Shown: positions 24,518 to 35,380, counted from the first letter of the stretch. The stretch: DNA of 64,000 nucleotides from an uncultured Gammaproteobacteria bacterium (GCA_963764725.1 CAVXTM010000018.1:320001-384000), one strand, 5' to 3'. The notes: generated by a model from the sequence alone, not told the origin. Numbers and translations: made by a program.

Positions 24518-25612
24518 ATGACGACCGACCCGAAGCCAGGCGCGGCCCTAGCTTCGGATCACGCCTATCAAACGCACATTCTGCAAGGCGTATCCAGGAC
24601 TTTCGCCTTAACGATCCCGGCGCTTCCGCCGGCGCTTTGCGGGGTCGTCGGAAACGCCTATCTGCTGTGCCGCATCGCCGATGTGGTCGAAGACGATAAC
24701 CAGCTACAACCCATGCAACAACGCTACTTCTCGAACCAGTTCGTGAGCGTCGTCGAAGGCGTCGAGGCCGCGGAGCGTTTTGCATCCGAGCTTTACCCGC
24801 TGTTATCAGCCGGCACGCCGGAAGCCGAGCGCGATCTGATCCGAAATACGGTTCGCGTCATCCGCGTTACCCACGGTTTTAACGCCCGCCAACGCCAGGC
24901 GCTTGCTCGCTGTGTGCGCATCATGGCCCAAGGAATGGCCGACTATCAACAACGCGAATCGCTCGATGGCCTTCCTGATCTCCCGGCTCTAGATGACTAC
25001 TGCTACTACGTGGCGGGCGTGGTCGGCGAGATGCTGACTGAGTTGTTTTGCGATTACTCACCGGAGATCAACGCGCGGCGCGATGAGCTCATGCGGCTTG
25101 CGGTATCATTCGGTCAAGGGCTCCAGATGACCAATATTCTTAAGGACATTTGGGAGGACGGCAAACGCGGCGCGTGCTGGCTTCCGCGTGATCTCTTCTT
25201 GGCGCGCGGCGTTACACTGGGCGATAAGATCCCAGGCGCATGCGACGCCGGATTCGGCGCTGGGCTCGCGCAACTCATCGGCATCGCCAAGGGGCACCTC
25301 GATAATGCCCTGACCTACACCCTTATTATTCCGTGCCATGAACCAGGGATCCGGAAGTTTTGTCTCTGGGCGTTGGGCATGGCGGTCCTAAGCTTGCGAA
25401 AGCTAAACAAGCACCGCGACTTCAGCGCGGGATCGCAAGTCAAGATTTCCCGTCGCAGCGTTAAGCTAACGGTAGGGATATCGAATCTCCTGGTGACTCA
25501 AGACAGGGTTCTAAGAGCGCTCATGAATATTCTCACAAGGGCTTTACCAGTCAATAACATTCATGAGAAACTTAATAAACTAAATTACAGCGCGGGTTCT
25601 CATACCTCGTAA
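24518..25612 (+). CDS. Squalene/phytoene synthase family (squalene synthase-like)
   Basis: VSRTFAL, CRIADVVEDD, YCYYVAGVVG, GLQMTNILKDIWED; upstream of shc. Confidence 0.9.
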   Translation: MTTDPKPGAALASDHAYQTHILQGVSRTFALTIPALPPALCGVVGNAYLLCRIADVVEDDNQLQPMQQRYFSNQFVSVVEGVEAAERFASELYPLLSAGTPEAERDLIRNTVRVIRVTHGFNARQRQALARCVRIMAQGMADYQQRESLDGLPDLPALDDYCYYVAGVVGEMLTELFCDYSPEINARRDELMRLAVSFGQGLQMTNILKDIWEDGKRGACWLPRDLFLARGVTLGDKIPGACDAGFGAGLAQLIGIAKGHLDNALTYTLIIPCHEPGIRKFCLWALGMAVLSLRKLNKHRDFSAGSQVKISRRSVKLTVGISNLLVTQDRVLRALMNILTRALPVNNIHEKLNKLNYSAGSHTS

Positions 25613-25710
25613 CACTGTGACACTGAGCGCACGATCAAGACCGGTAACGGTCAACTGGTGCCCGCATCAACGGGGTCACGAACACTCGAAGGCGCGCAAG
25701 GGGGCATGAC

Positions 25711-27648
25711 ATGATGAAACGATCCCTAGTCACCGAGGCCGAAGCTCGCGCCGACGCAGGGCGCGGGCGCGGCCCGTTAGAGCACGCCGTCGACAGGGCC
25801 CGCGCGGGACTCGAACGCCTCCAGAAGGAAGACGGCCATTGGGTGTTTGAGCTTGAAGCCGACTGCACCATCCCGGCCGAGTTTGTCCTCATGATGCATT
25901 TCATGGATGAAATCGATAGCGTGTTGGAGCAACGAATTTCTGTGTTTTTACGCAGTCATCAGGCCGAGCATGGTGGCTGGCCGCTGTACGCGGGCGGCGA
26001 CTTCGATATCAGTTGCTCGGTGAAGGTCTATTACGCGCTGAAGCTCATCGGCGACTCCCCGGAGGCCGCACACATGCTGCGAGCCCGTGAGGCCATCCTT
26101 GCCCACGGGGGCGCCGCCGCAAGCAATGTGTTCACGCGCATCACGCTGGCATTATTTGGCCAAGTGCCCTGGCGGGCCGTTCCGTTCATACCCGTCGAGA
26201 TCATGTTGCTGCCGCGCTGGTTCCCGTTTCATGTCTCGAAGGTGTCCTATTGGTCTCGCACCGTCATGGTGCCCTTATTCATTCTCTGCAGCCTCAAGCC
26301 CAAGGCGAAGAACCCGCGCGCCGTCGACATCCGCGATCTCTTTGTCACGCCCCCGGAAGAGGAGCAGGAGTACTTCCGTATGAAAACGCGATTGGGGCGC
26401 GTGTTTCTTGTGCTCGACCGGCTGGGTCGGGCGCTCGAGCCCCTGATTCCGAGGGCGGTACGCCGCTATGCGATCCAGCGCGCCGAGCGCTGGTTCACGG
26501 AGCGGCTTAACGGAACCGATGGCCTCGGGGGGATCTTCCCCGCGATGGTGAATGCCTACGAGTCCCTGGTTCTCCTCGGTTATCCCAAAGATCACCCCTA
26601 CTGCACTGAAACCAAAGAGGCTTTGAAGAAACTTCTGGTCACCGGAGAGGACTCGATATATTGCCAGCCTTGCGTCTCGCCCGTGTGGGATACGGCCATC
26701 GCGGCCCATGCCGTCTTCGAGGCGAACGGCCGGCGCGCGAGCGCCTCGATGCGCCGCGCCTTGAACTGGCTGCAAGAACGGCAACTCGGCGACGAGGCCG
26801 GGGATTGGCGCGAGACTCGCCCGGATCTCAAAGGCGGTGGCTGGGCCTTCCAGTACGCCAATCCCCATTATCCGGATCTGGACGACACCTCGATGGTCGG
26901 CTGGGCCATGTGCTTGATCGATCCGCAACGTTACAAGTGGTCGATCCATGCCGCGGCCGAATGGATTCACGGGATGCGATCAAAAAACGGCGGCTATGGC
27001 TCCTTCGACGCCGACAACACCTGTTACTATTTGAACCACATTCCCTTCGCGGATCACGGCGCTTTGCTCGACCCGCCGACCAGCGACGTCACGGCCCGCT
27101 GCATCGCACTGCTCGTGCTCGCGGGCGAACCGCGCTACAAAACCGCCATTGCCGCTGCGATCGAATTCTTAAGGAACGAGCAGGAAGCAGATGGCTCTTG
27201 GTTCGGCCGCTGGGGAACCAACTATATCTATGGCACCTGGTCGGTGCTCAGCGCCTTGCGAATCGCCGGTGAAGATCCCTCGCAACCCTATCTTCGGCGG
27301 GCGGTCGAATGGCTCAAGTCGATGCAGCAATCCGACGGCGGCTGGGGGGAGAGCAATGGCAGCTACTTCCCCCTCAAACGCGGCGAATACCATCCGAGCA
27401 CGGGCTTTCAGACGGCCTGGGCCCTGCTGGGTTTGATGGCGGCCGGCGAGGTAGACTCCGAGGCGGTGCGCCGGGGGATTGATTACCTACTCGCGCGCCA
27501 AGGCGCCGATGGTCTTTGGCACGATGAAAGCTTCACGGCGCCCGGTTTTCCTCGCGTGTTCTATTTGAAATACCATGGCTACACCAAGTACTTCCCGCTG
27601 TGGGCGATGGCCCAATACCGCAATTTAATGCCAGCCATTCGCGACTGA
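25711..27648 (+). CDS. shc: Squalene-hopene cyclase
   Basis: YPDLDDT (DXDD), QW repeats (QEADGSW, QQSDGGW), GFPRVFYLKYHGY. Confidence 0.97.
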   Translation: MMKRSLVTEAEARADAGRGRGPLEHAVDRARAGLERLQKEDGHWVFELEADCTIPAEFVLMMHFMDEIDSVLEQRISVFLRSHQAEHGGWPLYAGGDFDISCSVKVYYALKLIGDSPEAAHMLRAREAILAHGGAAASNVFTRITLALFGQVPWRAVPFIPVEIMLLPRWFPFHVSKVSYWSRTVMVPLFILCSLKPKAKNPRAVDIRDLFVTPPEEEQEYFRMKTRLGRVFLVLDRLGRALEPLIPRAVRRYAIQRAERWFTERLNGTDGLGGIFPAMVNAYESLVLLGYPKDHPYCTETKEALKKLLVTGEDSIYCQPCVSPVWDTAIAAHAVFEANGRRASASMRRALNWLQERQLGDEAGDWRETRPDLKGGGWAFQYANPHYPDLDDTSMVGWAMCLIDPQRYKWSIHAAAEWIHGMRSKNGGYGSFDADNTCYYLNHIPFADHGALLDPPTSDVTARCIALLVLAGEPRYKTAIAAAIEFLRNEQEADGSWFGRWGTNYIYGTWSVLSALRIAGEDPSQPYLRRAVEWLKSMQQSDGGWGESNGSYFPLKRGEYHPSTGFQTAWALLGLMAAGEVDSEAVRRGIDYLLARQGADGLWHDESFTAPGFPRVFYLKYHGYTKYFPLWAMAQYRNLMPAIRD

Positions 27649-28358
27649 AGACCGCCTCGCTCGGGATCGTCACGGCGCTACCGGCCGAGGCGCGCTGCAT
27701 CGCGAAGGCGCTGGGCTGCGTTCCCGGACTGACGCGTCTCGGCGATACCTTGCTCTATGTCTCGGGGATCGGTCAGGCGCGCGCGCGCCAGGCCGCTGAA
27801 ACGCTCGTCGCGCAGGGGGCGCAGGCCTTGCTGAGTTGGGGCACGGCCGGTGCGTTGGCAAGCACATTGCGGCCCGGCGATGTTATCGTTCCCGACACCA
27901 TCCTGGTGTCAGACGTTCCGTTTCCGGTCAACGCGGCGTGGCGCGCCCGTTTGGCCGCGCGCCTCGCACAGCACCTCATAGTTCATCCCGGCGCCATGTT
28001 GCATACTGCTACCGTGATCCCGACTCCCGATGAAAAACGCATGTTGTTCGAGCGTACCGGCGCGCTCGCCGTCGATATGGAGAGCGGCGCGGTCGCCCAG
28101 GTGGCCCGCCGCGCGGGGATCCCCTTCGCCGCCCTGCGCGCCATCGTGGACCCGCAAACGACAGTGATCCCGGCCGCGGCGTTAGCCGCCATTGATGAGC
28201 TCGGATGCCCGAGGATAGCGCGCCTGCTCTCGGCCCTGGCACGCGAGCCGCGCGATCTCCTCGCATTAGTGCGGCTATCGGCGTGCTTCCGCGCTGGGCT
28301 CGCCTCGCTCAAACGCGCCGCCGGAATTGCCGGTCTATCGATCAGCCGTAGCGAATAA
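27600..28358 (+). CDS. hpnG: Hopanoid-associated phosphorylase (PNP/UDP family); start uncertain
   Basis: LGIVTALPAEAR, SWGTAGAL, AVDMESGAVA, LRAIVDP; follows shc. Confidence 0.8.
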   Translation: MGDGPIPQFNASHSRLKTASLGIVTALPAEARCIAKALGCVPGLTRLGDTLLYVSGIGQARARQAAETLVAQGAQALLSWGTAGALASTLRPGDVIVPDTILVSDVPFPVNAAWRARLAARLAQHLIVHPGAMLHTATVIPTPDEKRMLFERTGALAVDMESGAVAQVARRAGIPFAALRAIVDPQTTVIPAAALAAIDELGCPRIARLLSALAREPRDLLALVRLSACFRAGLASLKRAAGIAGLSISRSE

Positions 28359-28507
28359 GGCTGCGCTAAGCATGTTGGACGTTGATGAATAAGGGCGATT
28401 GGCGGTCACCGAGAGACTATACGTCGCCGGCTGGATACCGGGCGGCAGCGTCACTAATAGTTATGCGCCGCCGGTCAGGAGCGCTATTCCTAACTCCCCG
28501 GGAAGCG

Positions 28508-29971
28508 CTATGCGCGCGCGGGGCGCCACAGCCGGTACACCGGCAACCCGGCCAAGACCAAAAGCAGACCGAGCCCCGCGTTAAGGCGGGTCTTCTCGGC
28601 GAACAGCAGGACCAGACAGATGCAACCGGCCACGCCGATGTATACCGCCGGCAGGATGGGGTAGCCGAAGGCGCGGACCGCACGCTCGGCGCCCGCGCTC
28701 CGCCGGCGCAGCACGAACACCCCGGCGATGGTAAGCATATAGAAGAGCAAGACCACAAACACGATGTAGTCGAGCAGATTACTGTATAAGTTGCTGTATT
28801 GGCCGCTCGCACTGTCATAGGTGCGCGGCAGGGTGAGCACCGCGCTCCAGATGCCTTGAATGATCAACGCGATCCCAGGGACACAATACCTGTTCAAGGT
28901 GCCGATGCTTTTGAAGAACAAGCCATCGCGGGCCATCGAGTAATACACGCGCGCCCCGGCCAGGATCAAACCGTTATTGCATCCGAAGCAAGAAATCATG
29001 ATGGCGATGGCCATGATCGTCTGCGCATGTTCTCCCAAGATCACCTCGGCCGCGGCGACGGCGACGCGATCCTCGGCGGCATGTTGGATCGCCTCCATAG
29101 GAAGCGTGGCGAGATAGACCATGTTGGCCAATAGATACAGCAGAATCACCAAGGCTACACCGAAGGCCATGCTGAGCGGTACGTTGCGTTCGGGGTTCTT
29201 GACCTCACCCGCCGCGAAGGTGATGTTGTTCCAAGCATCGGCGGCGAAAAGGGCGCCGACCATGGCGGTCGCGATGACTGGGATCAATGCCACGGATCCG
29301 ATGGTTTCGCCGTTCGCGATCGGTGTCCAGAAATCGGCGTTATGCAGAGCGGCTTCGGGATGCTGTCCCGCCAGGAAACCTAAGCCGATCAAGCCGGCGA
29401 GAGCCCCGATCTTGGTAAGCGTGAAGAGAACCTGAATCCATTTACCGGTTTGCAGACCGGTGAGATTGGTGCAGGTGAGCAACAGAACCGAAAGGATCGC
29501 CACCAGTTGTTGGGTCGAGAGCGACAAGGAGAGATCGCCGACGCCGGGAAGCGCGAGCAAACCTCCGTCGAGGACCAGGTGATGCGGGGAGATCTCGGGC
29601 CACAAGACACCAAGGAAGCGCGAAAAGGCGATGGCGACGGCCGCAATGGTTCCGGTTTGAATCACGAGGAATAACGCCCAGCCGTACAGGAAAGCCCACT
29701 TCGATCCAAACGCTTCCCGCAGATACACATATTGCCCGCCGGCCTGGGGCAGCATCGCGGCTAGCTCGCCGTAGCTCAAGGCCGCAATCAGCGTTAATAT
29801 TCCCGTGATGATCCAAACCAGCAGCAGCCATCCCGGCGATCCCACCTGGCGCGCGATGTCGGCCGAGACGATGAAGATCCCCGAGCCGATCATCGAGCCC
29901 GCGACGATCATAGTCGAGTCGAGCAGACCCAAGCCGCGGACCAATTTTTTTTCGACAGGAATAACGCTCAA
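28508..29971 (-). CDS. APC-family amino acid permease
   Basis: GSMIGSGIF, LSYGELAAMLPQAGGQYVYL, ~12 TM. Confidence 0.92.
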   Translation of the reverse strand: MSVIPVEKKLVRGLGLLDSTMIVAGSMIGSGIFIVSADIARQVGSPGWLLLVWIITGILTLIAALSYGELAAMLPQAGGQYVYLREAFGSKWAFLYGWALFLVIQTGTIAAVAIAFSRFLGVLWPEISPHHLVLDGGLLALPGVGDLSLSLSTQQLVAILSVLLLTCTNLTGLQTGKWIQVLFTLTKIGALAGLIGLGFLAGQHPEAALHNADFWTPIANGETIGSVALIPVIATAMVGALFAADAWNNITFAAGEVKNPERNVPLSMAFGVALVILLYLLANMVYLATLPMEAIQHAAEDRVAVAAAEVILGEHAQTIMAIAIMISCFGCNNGLILAGARVYYSMARDGLFFKSIGTLNRYCVPGIALIIQGIWSAVLTLPRTYDSASGQYSNLYSNLLDYIVFVVLLFYMLTIAGVFVLRRRSAGAERAVRAFGYPILPAVYIGVAGCICLVLLFAEKTRLNAGLGLLLVLAGLPVYRLWRPARA

Positions 29972-30245
29972 ATTCGTCCCCTTTTCTCGTTAAACGATGT
30001 CAGCTATTGTCTCCCGACCGGGCCACACCTTCAACCGCATGGCTAGACATTCGCTTGCCCGGGAATGACCGCCCAGCCAACCCCAAGCCACGCCTAACCA
30101 ATTGCCCCAACTGCGCCTCACCGGTATTGAAAGCGGATCTCTAACGGCAAACCCTCAATCAGCCGTTTCTTGGGCCATTCCGTCTCCGGCATGATCGTAG
30201 GCAACACAGACATTGAGCGCACACTGTAGGGCAATCCCCTCAAGA

Positions 30246-30818
30246 TCACGACGCTGCAAGCACGACGGCGATGCCCTGAGCGAAGCCCTTGAGCGATCCG
30301 TTGATCGTCAAGACCTTGCCGGATTTCGAATCCTGAAACATCACCTCCATCGTGCGCGCAGCCTTGAGCTTGGCGATCACCTCCTCATCGATGGGCACCA
30401 CGGCGCGGCAGCCCGTCGGTGCGCACTCTAAGAGCTGCATCTTGAGCTCGTTTTTCTCCGGCACTCTCAGAGTGATGCCGTAGGGAATCGAGAGTCCGAG
30501 CGGGGCACTGACCTCGAGGTAGAATTTGCCGTCGCTCTTCGCCGCAATAAACTCGACGATCCTGCGGCCCTGATCGTCGGTGAGCGTCTGACGCAGCAGA
30601 CAATGCTGCGTGCCGTCATTGCCGGCCACGCACTCGACAACCCAGTCGCCGAACGTGATCGATTGGGGTTGTGCCTGTGGCAACGGATGAGCTTTCGGTT
30701 GGGATTGCGCCTGGGGTTGTAGGGGCGCCTTTGCACGGGCCTGCCCGGCAGAAGCTGGGCCGCTCAGAGCCGCGGCCAAGGAGAAGACGAGTGCCACGCC
30801 GAGAAAAGAGCGGTTCAC
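30246..30818 (-). CDS. Invasion-associated locus B (IalB) family protein
   Basis: Signal peptide, FGDWVVEC..C, PLGL, C.PTGC.A, SLKGF. Confidence 0.85.
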   Translation of the reverse strand: MNRSFLGVALVFSLAAALSGPASAGQARAKAPLQPQAQSQPKAHPLPQAQPQSITFGDWVVECVAGNDGTQHCLLRQTLTDDQGRRIVEFIAAKSDGKFYLEVSAPLGLSIPYGITLRVPEKNELKMQLLECAPTGCRAVVPIDEEVIAKLKAARTMEVMFQDSKSGKVLTINGSLKGFAQGIAVVLAAS

Positions 30819-30935
30819 ACGTCTGGGTGCCCTGGTACGAATAGGAAGATCCGGAAGCCCATCATGGCAGGAGGCTATCAGATCGAAGCGCGGCTGTCCG
30901 TGGCTTCAAAGTTGGCCCTCGCCCGAAAGTCCTCG

Positions 30936-32876
30936 CTACCAGCCGATCGAAACGCCGATGGCGCCGGCGACCTCGTCCCTGCTGTTGGCCCCGACGCCGC
31001 CGCTCACTACGAGATTGGTGGTGGCCAGCCAGTTTAACTTCGCAGCGTAGCCCTCTCGGCCGTTGTAGCTGCCGACCGCAAAGCCAAGCGAAAAATCCTT
31101 GCCGGGAACCACGGACACGCTGGCGAGCGCGAGCGCCATGGCGACCCCGGCATCGAGATCGTTGAGGCGTTGGTCGTGTTGGGTGATCGTTGCTGAGTTG
31201 TCGGCGATCATCGCCTGGACGGCCGGTGCGAGCCGGTCATGGGTGACCGCTCCAAGCGCGATCTTGTCGGTCGTCACCGCGGCATTCTGAATGTTGCCCG
31301 CGGCCACCGAGTTGAGCGCGAGCTTCCGATTGCTGATCGCCCCGTCTTGGATCTTGGTCGTCGTGACGACATTGTCCTGGATGTTCGTGGTGCCGACGGC
31401 GTCGGTCGCCAACTTTGCGTTGGTCACCGCGCCGTTCTGGATGTTTGTCGTGCCGACAGCGTCGGTAGCGAGCTTAGCGTTCGTGACCGCCGCATCTTGG
31501 ATCTTAATGGTTGTTATCGCGCCGTCCTGAACCTTGGCCGTCGATATGGCGCCGTCCTGAACCTTTGCGTTCGTGACCGCCCCGTCTTGGATCTTTGCCG
31601 TCGTGACGGCATTGTCCTGGATGTTCGTGGTGCCGACGGCGTCGGTCGCCAACTTTGCGTTGGTCACCGCGCCGTTCTGGATGTTTGTCGTGCCGACAGC
31701 GTCGGTAGCGAGCTTAGCGTTCGTGACCGCCGCATCTTGGATCTTAATGGTTGTTATCGCGCCGTCCTGAACCTTAGCCGTCGATATGGCGCCGTCCTGA
31801 ACCTTTGCGTTCGTGACCGCCCCGTCTTGGATCTTTGCCGTCGAGACGGCGTTGTCCTGAATATTGGTGGTTCCAACGGCGTCGGTCGCGAGCTTCGCGT
31901 TGGTGACGGCGCCGTTCTGAATATTGGTCGTCGCGACGGAGTTGGCCGCCAGGTCTGCGTTCGAAACGGAGCCATCCTGGATCTTGGCGCTGTTGACGGC
32001 GTTGTTGGCGAGGTCGGCATTTGCGACGGTTCCGTCTTGGATCTTGGCGCTGTTGACAGCGTTGTTCGCAAGGTCGGCGTTGGCAACGGTTCCGTCTTGG
32101 ATCAGCGCGCTCGTTATGGCGTTGTTGGCGATCTTCGCGGTCGTGATGGCGCCGTTGGCAATGTCGGCGGTGGCAACGGTGCCGTCCTGGATCTTAGCGC
32201 TGTTGACGGCGTCGTTCGCAATGTCGGCGTTGGCAACGGTTCCGTCTTGGATTTTAGCGCTGTTGACGGCGTCGTTGGCGAGGTCGGCGTTGGCAACGGT
32301 TCCGTCCAAGATCAGCGCGCTCGTTATGGCGTTGTTGGCGATCTTCGCGGTCGTGATGGCGCCGTTGGCAATGTCGGCGTTGGCAACGGTTCCGTCTTGG
32401 ATTTTAGCGCTGTTGACGGCGTTGTTGGCGAGGTCGGCATTTGCAACGGTTCCGTCTTGGATCTTGGCGCTGTTGACGGCGTTGTTGGCGAGGTCGGCGT
32501 TTGCAACGGTTCCGTCCAAGATCAGCGCGCTGGTTATGGCGTTGTTAGCGATCTTGGCCGTCGTTACGGCGCCATTGGCAATCTTCGCGGTGGTGACAGC
32601 ATTGTCTGCAATCAGGGCTGTTGTGACGGCGGTGTTGGCGATCTTCGCGGTCGTGATGGCGCCGTTAGCGATGTTGCCGGTCGTGATCTCGAGGGGTTGA
32701 ATGGTGCCCGTTCCGCAGGGCGGCACGGCGCATCCCACGATGACGACGGCCTGGGCACTCGTCGGAAAAATTAAAGCGGCCAAAAGAAAAACCCCGGCGG
32801 CAGCGATGAGCCCGCCGGCCCGAACGATACCCATCACTCCAAGCAAGCGCGCTCTCCCAACGGAGCAGATTGACAT
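30936..32876 (-). CDS. Trimeric autotransporter adhesin with decapeptide repeats
   Basis: Extended signal peptide, roughly 48 repeats of type AVTTAKIQDG, coiled neck, YadA-like anchor (AGVAMALA..GSYNG..GVSIGW). Confidence 0.88.
   Translation of the reverse strand: MSICSVGRARLLGVMGIVRAGGLIAAAGVFLLAALIFPTSAQAVVIVGCAVPPCGTGTIQPLEITTGNIANGAITTAKIANTAVTTALIADNAVTTAKIANGAVTTAKIANNAITSALILDGTVANADLANNAVNSAKIQDGTVANADLANNAVNSAKIQDGTVANADIANGAITTAKIANNAITSALILDGTVANADLANDAVNSAKIQDGTVANADIANDAVNSAKIQDGTVATADIANGAITTAKIANNAITSALIQDGTVANADLANNAVNSAKIQDGTVANADLANNAVNSAKIQDGSVSNADLAANSVATTNIQNGAVTNAKLATDAVGTTNIQDNAVSTAKIQDGAVTNAKVQDGAISTAKVQDGAITTIKIQDAAVTNAKLATDAVGTTNIQNGAVTNAKLATDAVGTTNIQDNAVTTAKIQDGAVTNAKVQDGAISTAKVQDGAITTIKIQDAAVTNAKLATDAVGTTNIQNGAVTNAKLATDAVGTTNIQDNVVTTTKIQDGAISNRKLALNSVAAGNIQNAAVTTDKIALGAVTHDRLAPAVQAMIADNSATITQHDQRLNDLDAGVAMALALASVSVVPGKDFSLGFAVGSYNGREGYAAKLNWLATTNLVVSGGVGANSRDEVAGAIGVSIGW
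31350..32560. repeat. Intragenic tandem repeats (30-bp unit; 240-bp and 210-bp higher-order blocks)
   Basis: 31381-31620 is nearly identical to 31621-31860; motif ATCAGCGCGC..GTTATGGC recurs at 32101, 32311, 32521. Confidence 0.9.
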
Positions 32877-33273
32877 GCCTTAGTTCCCGCGCGACACCGC
32901 ATACTTGGATGCATGAGATAACAGGCTTAAAGCTGTGCGGGGCGCTAGAACGGATCCGTGTGAGCGTAGTCTGGCTTCGCCCGAATCGGTAGTGTTCAAG
33001 ACAAGGCCGTTAGGAGCCGCGCCGGATGTCAGAAAGGCGTCGTAATCTCGATAGACCGAATGCAGTGCTTCGAATCCTACGCCGTCCCTATCGTTCGCCT
33101 GCTGAAGCTTCAGATACTCGATAGTCAACGAGTTAGCCCCTCTGTAGGTTTCCCCCAAACAGCTCGAATGTGTCCCCCACCTTGCCAAACTAGCCGACAC
33201 CAGCCCGTCACTGTGCAAGCGTCATGCCTAGCAACGAGAAACCCGTTGCTCGTGCGTAGTGTCATTTCTTACT

Positions 33274-34707
33274 CTACTCGGCGATAACGCGCAATCGCAG
33301 GCTATTGGCCATGGCGATGATCGCCCGGACCAGTGCCTCATCGCTCGCGTCCGTTTCAAGATCGCGCACAAAGGACTGGTCAATCTTGAGCGCGGTCAGC
33401 GGAAAGCGCTTGAGATAGCTCAAGGACGAGTAGCCGGTGCCGAAGTCATCGACGGCCAGATCTACCCCGAGTTGGGCGATCGCTGTCAGCGTCTGCAGTG
33501 TTCGTTCCTGCACCAACGCACTTTCGGTGAACTCCAGCCCGAGGTACTCGGGCGCTAGACCGTGTGCGCTGAGCCGTTCGAGAACCGTGCGCGGGAACGC
33601 CGGATCCGTGAGCTGATAGGCCGATACATTGACGCTGATGCGCGGCACCGTCAGCCCCGTCGCGCCCCAGTCCTTCATATGCGCTAGCACCTGATCGAGC
33701 ACCCAGCGGCCGATCGCCTGGATCTGGCCGCTCTCCTCGGCGACCGGAATGAATTCCGCCGGCGAGATCCATCCGCGCTCGGGGTGCCGCCAGCGGATGA
33801 GCGCCTCGGCGCCGATGATCTGTCCGCGTCGCATTCGCACCTGCGGCTGATAATGCACCGCCAGTTCCGAGCGGCGCAGGTCGTTCTCCAGAATTAAGCG
33901 CTAGCGCGCGGCCGCGTGCATGGTTTCGGTAAAGAACTGGTAGGTGTTCCGGCCACGACCCTTTGATTGGTACATGGCGGTGTCGGCATGCTTGATAAGA
34001 TCGACGACATTGGTTCCATCCCAGGGGTGGAGGGCCACCCGATGCTGGTCGAGACCTCGATTTCCTGCCCTTCGACCATCACGGGTCTCGTCAGGGCCTC
34101 TCGGACCTTTTCAATGACGACCGCCGCGGCATGGGCGGCCGCCTGCCGCTCGCCCGGGAGATCCGGTACCAGGATGATGAACTCATCGCCCCCCCAGCGC
34201 GCTCCGGTGTCGCTCTCGCGCAGGCACCGGGGGAGGCGCGCGGCGATTTCGGCAGGAGCCCATCCCCGGCCGGATGCCCCAGGAATCATTGACCGCCTGA
34301 GCGCGCGGTTGGGAAGCCGGGTGAGCCCATCGTAGAACGCTAGCTCATGCATCGCGCCTTCGAGGCCCTGCTGGCGGCACGGGACTCTGTTTCTTTCAGC
34401 GCCCGCGCTATCGCCGGCACCAGCCGGAAGAGCTGTCGCTTGAGCACATAATCGGTGGCGCCGGCCTTCAGGGACTCGATCGCGACCTCTTCGCCCACGG
34501 TCCCGGAGACATAGATGAAAGGCAGGTCGGGGCAGCGCCCGCGGGCATAGGCAAGGGCAGGCCGCCCGTGTCCAGCGCCGCGGCGAACTCGGCCTGGGTC
34601 TCGACGCGGGTGAGCTCGCAGGCGATGGCCGCTTCCTCCAAGAGCGCCTGTACCAGCTCCGCGTCCGCATCGCTGTCCTCCAGATAGAGCACCCGGATAG
34701 GCGTCAC
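33274..34707 (-). pseudogene. REC-GGDEF-EAL signalling protein, degraded
   Basis: [51 protein letters not shown] spread across frames with deletions. Confidence 0.85.
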
Positions 34708-34709
34708 TT

Positions 34710-34749
34710 CCGTATCACCGGTCGCGCCACCGAGGCGGCGGAGCATGGC
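34710..34749. repeat. 40-bp direct repeat of cobS segment (left copy)
   Basis: CCGTATCACCGGTCGCGCCACCGAGGCGGCGGAGCATGGC; 39/40 identical to 41381-41420. Confidence 0.9.
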
Positions 34750-34933
34750 AGCTTTTTTGTGAATCTACTGTAGAAAGGTGGAGAACATGAATCAGGAGTC
34801 ACAACTCGACGAGCGCCTTTAAGGGTCCTGCCATCACGTTCACGAGCTTCGCCCCGGGTGCCCGTGCAAACTCCGCTCCTCGCGCGGCTCGCGCCTGGTC
34901 TGAGCCACCTAGCCACTATTGTAAGAAGGCTTC

Positions 34934-35380
34934 TTACTTGCGCGGGGCATGGTATTCGAACGACCAGGCGCGACGGCTGAGCGGTGTATGCCTCGAGCCT
35001 AATGCTAATGCTGTGGCGCTTGCCTGTCTCGCTGTATGCATCGCACAGCGCAGGATCTGCAGGCCATCTGGCGTTCTTTCCACGGCACAGACTACCGGAG
35101 GCGACGATATGCATTCTAAGTCTTCGCGGTCGCAATGCATCAATAGGGTCAGGGGCAGATGCGGGGCCATCGCTTTTATCTGTCGCGCGATGTTTCCTAC
35201 TTCCCCACAGGAACCTCTTTTCTCCACGAGCACCCACTGATAATCGGTGGTCGAAGAACACAAGTTTTGAAGTGCCTCGGTGCTGTCAACACAATAAGTC
35301 AACGTGTGTTCTCCGCGACCAGCCAAACTCGCACATAGCGACGCCGTGTCCTGCCCGTCGCCGATCACCATCAATCTCAT
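34934..35380 (-). CDS. Atypical receiver-domain-like protein coupled to luxI
   Basis: ATGA overlap with luxI stop; MRLMVIGD..DSTEAL..YQWVLVE..IARQIKAMAPHLPLTLL follows the REC pattern. Confidence 0.62.
   Translation of the reverse strand: MRLMVIGDGQDTASLCASLAGRGEHTLTYCVDSTEALQNLCSSTTDYQWVLVEKRGSCGEVGNIARQIKAMAPHLPLTLLMHCDREDLECISSPPVVCAVERTPDGLQILRCAMHTARQASATALALGSRHTPLSRRAWSFEYHAPRK

Noticed and set aside
31239-32774. 30-bp periodic repeats as a CRISPR array, and the long + strand ORFs here
   Set aside because: The repeats are contiguous and in frame within the adhesin with no unique spacers; the + strand ORFs are antisense shadows
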